Source of the DNA: a bacterium | GTDB lineage: Bacteria; Patescibacteriota; Minisyncoccia; Phycocordibacterales; UBA5272 | Assembly: GCA_027482685.1 (NCBI GenBank) | Contig: JAIXVU010000001.1 | Span: forward strand, 11 to 64,010 | Direction: 5' to 3' | Length of the DNA stretch: 64,000 nt | In this document: piece by piece, positions 57,100 to 64,000 of the stretch | Layout: the number at the start of each line of letters is the position of its first letter | How positions within the stretch are numbered: the stretch's first letter is position 1 | Translations under genes and position numbers: made by a program | The notes under the pieces: model-generated | The model's input: the letters and a program-made list of their open reading frames with translations, nothing else | What the model was told of the DNA's origin: nothing | Databases searched by the model: none

Positions 57100-57834
57100 A
57101 TGAATACTGATGAAAAATTCACAGTAAAGCTCGAACGTTTTGAAGGACCATATCCTAAACTACTTGAGCTTATTGAGCAGAGAAAACTTTCTATTACAGA
57201 AGTTTCTCTGGTTACGGTTGCTGATGATTACATTACCTACATTAAGACACTTGATCAAAAAAATCTAATTGATATCTCACAATTTATCCTTGTTGCGTCT
57301 ACTCTTATGCTCATGAAGGCAAAGTCGCTTTTGCCAGGAGTAACGTATACAGAAGAAGAAGAGAAGCAGGTGCATGATCTTGAGCGTAAGCTTGCACTTC
57401 ATTCTGTTCTTTTAGCTTCTGTTGAGCGTACTAAGAGCATATACGGTAAAACAGTTCTCTACGGCAGAACGAGAATATCGTATAAAGGAGGAGAGGCATT
57501 CGTCCCTGATGAACGCATCAATAAAGATATCTTACTTTCTGTTGCGTTACTCACACTTGCCTCTTTTGTTACACCAAAAGAACTTGTAAAAGTTGCAGTA
57601 GAGCAAGCGCTACGTATTGAGACAGTTATAGAGAAGTTATTAGAGAGAGTCCGTACCATGCACGCTCTCACACTACAGAGTTTAAGCAATGGTGCAGAGA
57701 CGGTAGAAGAACGTAAGAAATTGCTTATTGTTAACTTTATTGCCATGCTCGAGCTTCTTCGCAGTGGACAAATATACGTAGAACAAAAAGAATCAGGAGG
57801 TGAGATACAAATTCACAAAGCCACAACTCTTTAA
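57100..57834 (+). CDS. scpA: Segregation and condensation protein A
   Basis: FEGPYPKLLELI, FILVASTLMLMKAKSLLP, FIAMLEL. Confidence 0.95.
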   Translation: MNTDEKFTVKLERFEGPYPKLLELIEQRKLSITEVSLVTVADDYITYIKTLDQKNLIDISQFILVASTLMLMKAKSLLPGVTYTEEEEKQVHDLERKLALHSVLLASVERTKSIYGKTVLYGRTRISYKGGEAFVPDERINKDILLSVALLTLASFVTPKELVKVAVEQALRIETVIEKLLERVRTMHALTLQSLSNGAETVEERKKLLIVNFIAMLELLRSGQIYVEQKESGGEIQIHKATTL

Positions 57835-57854
57835 GATGATATACTAACTCTACT

Positions 57855-58361
57855 ATGCTCCAAAAGATTATTACTGTACTTTTTCTATCAGGGGATGCTC
57901 TCACAAAAGAAAGCATCGCGCGTATCTTGCAAGTAAATGCTGAAGAAATAGATAAGCATATAGAAGAGATTGATACGGCACTTCGTGGGATTGGTCTTTC
58001 ATTACTACAGACTGAGCTTGGTCTTACTATTGTTACACAGCCTCAGCAAGCAGCTACCGTAAAGTCTTTTTGGGAAGAAGAGCTAAAAGGCGAACTCACT
58101 CCAGCTGCCATTCAAGTTCTTACACTTGTTGCGTATCTTGGAAGTCCAACACGTGAAGAGATATCGTATATTCGTGGTGTACAGTCATCACAATCAATAC
58201 GAACACTTACTGTACGAGGACTCATTATGCGTGATGGAGAGAAGTGCATGCTAACAGAAGATGCTCTTAAGCAGTTAGGAGTTACCAAAGCAACACTTCT
58301 TCCAGACTATGAGTCTATCAATACCAGTCTTTCAGAAAAGTTGAAGGAGCGTGAAGGTTAG
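57855..58361 (+). CDS. scpB: SMC-Scp complex subunit B
   Basis: LTPAAIQVLTLVAY..PTREEISYIRGV. Confidence 0.95.
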   Translation: MLQKIITVLFLSGDALTKESIARILQVNAEEIDKHIEEIDTALRGIGLSLLQTELGLTIVTQPQQAATVKSFWEEELKGELTPAAIQVLTLVAYLGSPTREEISYIRGVQSSQSIRTLTVRGLIMRDGEKCMLTEDALKQLGVTKATLLPDYESINTSLSEKLKEREG

Positions 58362-58376
58362 AACAGTGTTAGTTGT

Positions 58377-59333
58377 ATGATTCCTCGACATTTCCGTCAT
58401 GATTATGTTCTTCTCCAGCTTATTTGTAGTCTTTCAGTTGTACTTACTATTGGACTTATTATATTTTTTTCATATACGAAAAGTATCAACTTAAGAAAAT
58501 TATCTGAAGCAGTTCTTCCAACATCAAAACAAACACAACCAGCATCTTTGTTTAATAAAAATAGTTTTTCTGATGTTACGACACAAGCACGTGCATATAT
58601 TGTGTATGATATCAATAAACAAGAGATTATTGCTTCAAAAAACAGTGACGAAGTTCTTCCTCTTGCGAGTTTGACAAAGGTTATGACAGCTGTTACTGCA
58701 CGCATGCATAGTGACCCAACTAAACAAGTTATTGTTACTGCAAATCCTATTGATGGCAACTATGATCTTGGGCTACAAAAGAATCAAGTCTGGAAGTTAA
58801 ATGAATTACTTAAATATACACTTCTTCTTTCTTCAAATGATGGAGCTTTTATGATAGCAAATGCTCTAGGCGGTGAATCATTTTTTATAGAGACTATGAA
58901 TACTGACGCACAGTCTCTTGGTCTTAGTACGCTTTCTTTTACTAATCCAGCCGGATTAGATAGCAGTACGACTCTTGGCGGTAAAGGAAGTGCTCTTGAT
59001 ACAGCTAAACTCTTAGCATATGCTACGCGTGAGTATCCAGAACTTTTTGATATAACAACAAAAAAAAGAGGTACTGTTACTGCGAATGGGGTTAAATTAA
59101 CTGGTATCCCAAATACTAATCAGTCGATAGATATGCTCACAGAAGCACAAGCTTCAAAAACAGGCTTTACTGACAGCGCTGGGGGTAATCTAGGAGTGGT
59201 TGTTGACGTTACGCTTGGTCGCCCGATTGTTATCCTTGTTCTTGGCTCTACAAAAGAAGAGAGGTTTAGTGACGTAGGCCTCCTCTATAAGAAACTTAAA
59301 GAAAGCATTGTTTCTGAGAGTCACGAGAAGTAG
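58377..59333 (+). CDS. D-alanyl-D-alanine carboxypeptidase (S11)
   Basis: PLASLTK, SSND, FTNPAGLD, KTGFT. Confidence 0.92.
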   Translation: MIPRHFRHDYVLLQLICSLSVVLTIGLIIFFSYTKSINLRKLSEAVLPTSKQTQPASLFNKNSFSDVTTQARAYIVYDINKQEIIASKNSDEVLPLASLTKVMTAVTARMHSDPTKQVIVTANPIDGNYDLGLQKNQVWKLNELLKYTLLLSSNDGAFMIANALGGESFFIETMNTDAQSLGLSTLSFTNPAGLDSSTTLGGKGSALDTAKLLAYATREYPELFDITTKKRGTVTANGVKLTGIPNTNQSIDMLTEAQASKTGFTDSAGGNLGVVVDVTLGRPIVILVLGSTKEERFSDVGLLYKKLKESIVSESHEK

Positions 59334-59382
59334 AATAAGAAGTGTATAACCTAAAAACGCTCATGATATACTAATATTTACT

Positions 59383-60453
59383 ATGTTATTATCGCTTGAT
59401 CCGTTTAAGATACTTCTTCCTGCAGTAATTTCATTTTGTATAGGTATATTGATAGCTCCTCGTGTTATTAGACTCTTATCACATTATAAAGTTTGGAAAA
59501 AGAAAGCAATAACAAAGACAATTGATGGAAAAGATGCAACTATAACTGCATCACTTCACAACGATGAGAGCAAGCAACTTCTTCGTATGGGCGGAATTGT
59601 TATCTGGTTCTCGGTATTTTTTACAGCACTACTTTTTTGGTTTTTGTCGAAAATATATCCAACTGATGTTACAGAGAAGTTAGACTTTATCTCTCGTAAT
59701 CAGACATGGCTACCATTAGTTGGAATGTTAGTAGGAGCTATTGTCGGAGGGATTGATGATTTATTGGTATCACGAGTGTTTGGTAAAGTCGGTACATATA
59801 TTGGAGGAGGATTGTCATTTCCTATACGGCTAGGTGCAGTTGCTTCTATGGGCCTTTTTGCGGGACTTTGGTTTTATTTTAAACTAGGAGTTGCATCAGT
59901 ATATGTGCCATTTTATGGACCTATACTTATAGGCGGCTTTTTGTTTATAACCTTTTTTGTTATTGTCACCGTTGCACTTTTTTCTACGAGTGTGATTGAT
60001 GGGATAGACGGACTATCGGGCGGAATATTTAGTGCAATATTTTCAGCCTACGGAGCTATAGCATTTATCAATAACCAGATAGATATTGCAGCATTGTGTT
60101 TCGTTATTGCAGGGGGGATTATGGCTTTTCTGTGGTTTAATGTTCCACCGGCTTCATTTATGATGGGAGAGACGGGCGTAATGGCGACATTACTTGCATT
60201 GTCTGTTATTGTTTTTCTGACTGATGCAGTTTTGTATCTTTTAATTATTGCGCTTCCTCTCATTGTTACATCATTATCTGTCATCTTACAACTTTCTTGG
60301 AAAAAGTTTTTTAAGAGAAAGCTATTTCTTGTTGCTCCACTTCATCATCATTTTGAGGTTAAGGGTTGGGCTCGTCATACCATTGTGATGAGGTATTGGA
60401 TTGTATCGTATGTATGCGCACTTCTTGGGGTGGTGATTGTACTTGTTAGTTAA
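59383..60453 (+). CDS. mraY: Phospho-MurNAc-pentapeptide transferase
   Basis: MGGI, IDD, DGIDGL, FMMGETG, APLHHHFE. Confidence 0.95.
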   Translation: MLLSLDPFKILLPAVISFCIGILIAPRVIRLLSHYKVWKKKAITKTIDGKDATITASLHNDESKQLLRMGGIVIWFSVFFTALLFWFLSKIYPTDVTEKLDFISRNQTWLPLVGMLVGAIVGGIDDLLVSRVFGKVGTYIGGGLSFPIRLGAVASMGLFAGLWFYFKLGVASVYVPFYGPILIGGFLFITFFVIVTVALFSTSVIDGIDGLSGGIFSAIFSAYGAIAFINNQIDIAALCFVIAGGIMAFLWFNVPPASFMMGETGVMATLLALSVIVFLTDAVLYLLIIALPLIVTSLSVILQLSWKKFFKRKLFLVAPLHHHFEVKGWARHTIVMRYWIVSYVCALLGVVIVLVS

Positions 60454-60459
60454 GCATCT

Positions 60460-61563
60460 ATGTTATCAAGAATTGATAAAACGCTTTTTATTACGGTTGT
60501 TATTATTTTAATCTCAGGGTTGCTATTTTTCGGTTCGGCTGCACTGGGGGTGCTTGCAAGCAATGAGGCAAAGTTTTATGGGATTATAGAAAATCAACTA
60601 ATCTATGCTTTTTTAGGCGGGTCACTTGCGTTGTTTTTGGGTATGTCGATTCCGTATCAATTATATAAAAAGTATGCATACGTACTTTTTGCTTTTTCTT
60701 TAGTGGTCACATCTCTTGTATTTGTACCAGGTCTTTCTATGTATCATGGTGGAGCGCACAGATGGATAGATTTAGGCCCCATTACTATTCAACCGAGTGA
60801 ATTCATGAAGTTTTGTTTTGTTGTTGTTGTTGCGTACTGGTGTAGCACATATAGGCATCTTTTTAAGAACTGGAAGTATGGACTGCTACCTTATGTTCTA
60901 GCGGGAGGACTTGTATCATTGTTATTGTTACTTCAGCCTGATTTCGGTACATATACGATTATTATGGCTTCATCGTTTGTTGTTTACTTTGTTGGAGGTG
61001 CTCGCAAGAAACATATTTATATCCTTCTTTTGCTTGCAGTGGTTGGCGCTGTTTTACTTATATCTGCTCGACCGTATATGTTGGAACGTGTTAAGACATT
61101 TTTTAATAATGAGTATGATCCTCACGGGGCATCATATCAACTACGGCAAGGGCTTATTGCTCTTGGAAGTGGGGGGCTTACTGGACGAGGTCTTGGGCAA
61201 AGTGTGCAAAAGTTTAATTATTTACCAGAGCCGATTGGAGATTCTATTCTTGCCGTTATTGGGGAAGAGCTTGGTTTTCTTGGGGTTGCGTATGTTGTTA
61301 TTCTCTATGGTATAGTAGGTAGGCGGGGATACTATATCTCAGTACATGCGGGTGACCAATTTGGAAGACTTCTGGCTATCGGAATAACTGTTATCATATT
61401 AACTCAAGCAATGATTAACATTATGTCTATGATCAAACTTTTCCCTCTTACAGGAGTACCTCTTCCTCTTATTTCGCATGGAGGAACAGCACTTATGGTT
61501 GTATTATTCCAGCTTGGTGTACTTCTTAATATTTCAAAATCATCTGATCAAAATCTTGTATGA
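60460..61563 (+). CDS. ftsW: SEDS protein FtsW
   Basis: RWIDLG..IQPSEFMK, LQPDFGT, GEELG, TGVPLPLISHGG. Confidence 0.93.
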   Translation: MLSRIDKTLFITVVIILISGLLFFGSAALGVLASNEAKFYGIIENQLIYAFLGGSLALFLGMSIPYQLYKKYAYVLFAFSLVVTSLVFVPGLSMYHGGAHRWIDLGPITIQPSEFMKFCFVVVVAYWCSTYRHLFKNWKYGLLPYVLAGGLVSLLLLLQPDFGTYTIIMASSFVVYFVGGARKKHIYILLLLAVVGAVLLISARPYMLERVKTFFNNEYDPHGASYQLRQGLIALGSGGLTGRGLGQSVQKFNYLPEPIGDSILAVIGEELGFLGVAYVVILYGIVGRRGYYISVHAGDQFGRLLAIGITVIILTQAMINIMSMIKLFPLTGVPLPLISHGGTALMVVLFQLGVLLNISKSSDQNLV

Positions 61564-62666
61564 AAATACTACTAACAGGCGCAGGAGGAGGACATTTCAC
61601 ACCGCTTATAGCAGTAGCTGAACGGGTGCGTAAAGAGGTTTTCGTACAAAAAATCGTCCCACCAGAGCTATATTTTATGTCCGATAGACCCTATGACGAA
61701 AAAGCCCTCTCACAGAATCAGATAACATTCATTCAAGTTCCTGCTGGTAAACTTCGTCTTTATCCGTCACTTGAGACTATCCCTGATATTTTCAAAACTA
61801 TCTGGGGGTGCATTGTTGCTCTAAAAAAAATGTACTCCCTCTATCCAGATGTTATATTTGCAAAAGGGGGGTATGCTAGCTTTCCGGCGCTCTTTGCTGC
61901 GCGTATTTTATCTATTCCTGTAATTGTCCATGAAAGTGATACGGTGCCGGGAAGGACTACACTTTGGGCTGGGAAGTTCGCATCACGTGTAGCACTTTCA
62001 TATCCCGAGGCATCGCACGCCTATCGACGTGATGTCGTTGCATTAACAGGCCAACCTATTCGTGAGGCCCTGCTTCCACCAGAAGGATATACACGTAATT
62101 ATGGAAATAAAGAACGCCCTCTTATTCTTATCTTAGGTGGTTCACAGGGTAGTGCGGTTATTAACTCTCTTATAGCCGGCCTACTTCCTGATCTTCTTAA
62201 TAAATATGATGTTGTCCATCAAACAGGGGATACAAATGCAGATACAATGAAAGAACTTGTAAAAGAGACAATAACTACACATCCCTTTAAAGATCACTAT
62301 TTTGCAGCTGGGTATATCGATACTGGACTTTTTTACCCAAAAGCTGATATGGTTATTACTCGCGCCGGATCATCAATGTTTGAGATGGCGCTTTGGCAGT
62401 TACCAATGCTTGTTATTCCGATTCCAGAGACTATAAGTCGTGATCAGATAACTAACGCATACGCAATGGCTGGGAAGGGGACTGCTCTTGTACTTGAGGA
62501 AAATAACTTAGGTAAGACTCTTGTCCTTGAAGAAGTTTCACGTATCCTTGAAGACAAGGATACGTATGCAAAGATGTCACAAGCAGGCCTTCAGTTCGAG
62601 AACTCTCGCACTGCAGCAACAGTAATTGCTCGAGAACTTATTAGAATTGGGTTAAGCCATGCATAA
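61560..62666 (+). CDS. murG: Lipid II GlcNAc transferase
   Basis: GGGHFTP, KGGYAS.P, HESD, GGSQG, TRAG. Confidence 0.96.
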   Translation: MKILLTGAGGGHFTPLIAVAERVRKEVFVQKIVPPELYFMSDRPYDEKALSQNQITFIQVPAGKLRLYPSLETIPDIFKTIWGCIVALKKMYSLYPDVIFAKGGYASFPALFAARILSIPVIVHESDTVPGRTTLWAGKFASRVALSYPEASHAYRRDVVALTGQPIREALLPPEGYTRNYGNKERPLILILGGSQGSAVINSLIAGLLPDLLNKYDVVHQTGDTNADTMKELVKETITTHPFKDHYFAAGYIDTGLFYPKADMVITRAGSSMFEMALWQLPMLVIPIPETISRDQITNAYAMAGKGTALVLEENNLGKTLVLEEVSRILEDKDTYAKMSQAGLQFENSRTAATVIARELIRIGLSHA

Positions 62667-62682
62667 GTGTATAAAAAAATTT

Positions 62683-64000
62683 ATGATCGAAGATTTAACA
62701 CCATCACATTCTATCGTTACCAGATTCGCTCCAAGTCCAACTGGTTTACTTCATCTCGGTAACTATCGCACTGCAATATTTGCATATCTTTATGCTCGTC
62801 GTCATCAAGGGAAGTTCATTCTTCGTATTGAAGATACCGACAGAGCACGTAGTACTAAGGAGTATGAAGATAATATTATAGAAAGTCTCGCGTGGCTTGG
62901 ACTTTCGTATGATGAACGATATCGTCAAAGTGAGCACATCGAAGAACACACAAAATGTTTGCAAAAATTAATAGATGAAGGTAAGGCATATATTAGCGAA
63001 GAAGCTGCAAAAGATGGCAGTGGAGTAGTAAAGTCAATAGTACGTTTCAAGAATCCTAACAAAAAAGTTGTTTTCAAGGATGAGATACGAGGCGTAATAG
63101 AAACAGATACAACTGACCTTGGAGATTTTGTTATAGCAAAATCAATAACTGAGCCACTTTTCCATCTTGCTGTAGTGGTTGATGATCATAATGAAGGAGT
63201 AACTCATGTTATACGTGGTGAAGATCATATACCAAATACCCCACGTCAAATTCTTATTGCAGAGGCACTTGGTTTCTCACCACCATCGTATGCACATCTC
63301 CCGCTTGTTTTATCTGAAGACAGAACTAAGCTTTCAAAGCGTAAAGGTGCTCTTCCTGTAACCGCGTATCGTGATATGGGATATTTGCCAGAGGCTATTC
63401 TTAACTTCATGGCATTTATTGGTTGGAATCCAGGTGGAGAACGTGAGATCTACACACTTGCTGAGCTTGTTGAGTTATTTGATTTTGAAAAGATTCATAA
63501 AGGTGGAGCAATTTTCAATAAAGAAAAACTTTCATGGATGAATAAGGAGCATATGCGGTTAAAGACCACAGAAGAGAATCTTCATAATGTAAAAAAACAC
63601 ATGTCAGAATATAGCGATGATATTCTTCAGAAACTTCTTCCAACGATTATTGATCGTGTCTCATCATATGGGGAGTTATCTGGTATCAAAGATAGTGAGT
63701 TTGGATTTTTTATCAAACGCCCTTTAGTCGATATCTCAAAAGTCATATGGAAGGATGATGAGTCTTATATAACAATTAATCATCTAGAAGCTGTGTATGA
63801 CATTTTGCAAAACACTAACTTTGATACGATAGAAGGTATTAAACAGGCCATCATGGCCTACGCAGAGATACACGGAAAAGGAAGTGTGCTCTGGCCACTA
63901 CGAATGTCTCTTTCAGGACAAGAAAAGTCTGTTGATCCTTTTACAATTCTCTATGTTCTTGGTCGCGAAGAATCATGTGCGCGTATTTCAGAAGTAATTA
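62683..64000 (+). CDS. gltX: Glutamyl-tRNA synthetase, runs off window (not in ORF track)
   Basis: ATG 62683; TRFAPSPTGLLHLGNYRT, LRIEDTD, HVIRGEDH, KLSKR. Confidence 0.96.
   Translation, partial: MIEDLTPSHSIVTRFAPSPTGLLHLGNYRTAIFAYLYARRHQGKFILRIEDTDRARSTKEYEDNIIESLAWLGLSYDERYRQSEHIEEHTKCLQKLIDEGKAYISEEAAKDGSGVVKSIVRFKNPNKKVVFKDEIRGVIETDTTDLGDFVIAKSITEPLFHLAVVVDDHNEGVTHVIRGEDHIPNTPRQILIAEALGFSPPSYAHLPLVLSEDRTKLSKRKGALPVTAYRDMGYLPEAILNFMAFIGWNPGGEREIYTLAELVELFDFEKIHKGGAIFNKEKLSWMNKEHMRLKTTEENLHNVKKHMSEYSDDILQKLLPTIIDRVSSYGELSGIKDSEFGFFIKRPLVDISKVIWKDDESYITINHLEAVYDILQNTNFDTIEGIKQAIMAYAEIHGKGSVLWPLRMSLSGQEKSVDPFTILYVLGREESCARISEVI

Noticed and set aside
1-64000. Alternative genetic code (TGA=Gly/Trp) or prophage
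   Set aside because: Core genes are full length under code 11 and TGA ends genes at ATGA overlaps (phr, ECF sigma, ftsW). No capsid, terminase or integrase genes are present.

Overview
Core-chromosome segment of a small-genome bacterium, most consistent with Patescibacteria/CPR (Parcubacteria-like; inferred from the domain-reduced ProRS/AlaRS/AspRS/L13/PriA, frr-rseP-proS without uppS-cdsA-dxr, SD-less housekeeping genes; TGA is a stop). Most genes are on the + strand. They cover translation (tRNA-Asn, six aaRS genes, infA-rpmJ-rpsM-rpsK-rpsD-rpoA-rplQ-rplM-rpsI, frr, hpf, def/fmt, ychF), cell wall and shape (two mreB, mreC, mrdA, mraZ-rsmH-ftsL-ftsI, mraY-ftsW-murG), chaperones (grpE-dnaK-dnaJ) and scpAB. 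I found no transposase, integrase, CRISPR array or prophage. The notable signal lies between the core genes. (1) About 14 stand-alone orphan-gene cassettes each carry their own sigma70-type promoter, usually a Shine-Dalgarno and often a boxA-like leader, and a GC-rich hairpin. The housekeeping genes are SD-less and often apparently leaderless. (2) A family of ~120-bp structured elements is anchored on TAA stop codons. (3) A family of long C(GNA)G-triloop palindromes includes one copy inside a coding sequence. (4) Strand-polarised heptamer repeats sit at gene starts and ends. All calls were made by eye from motifs and synteny, without database searches.
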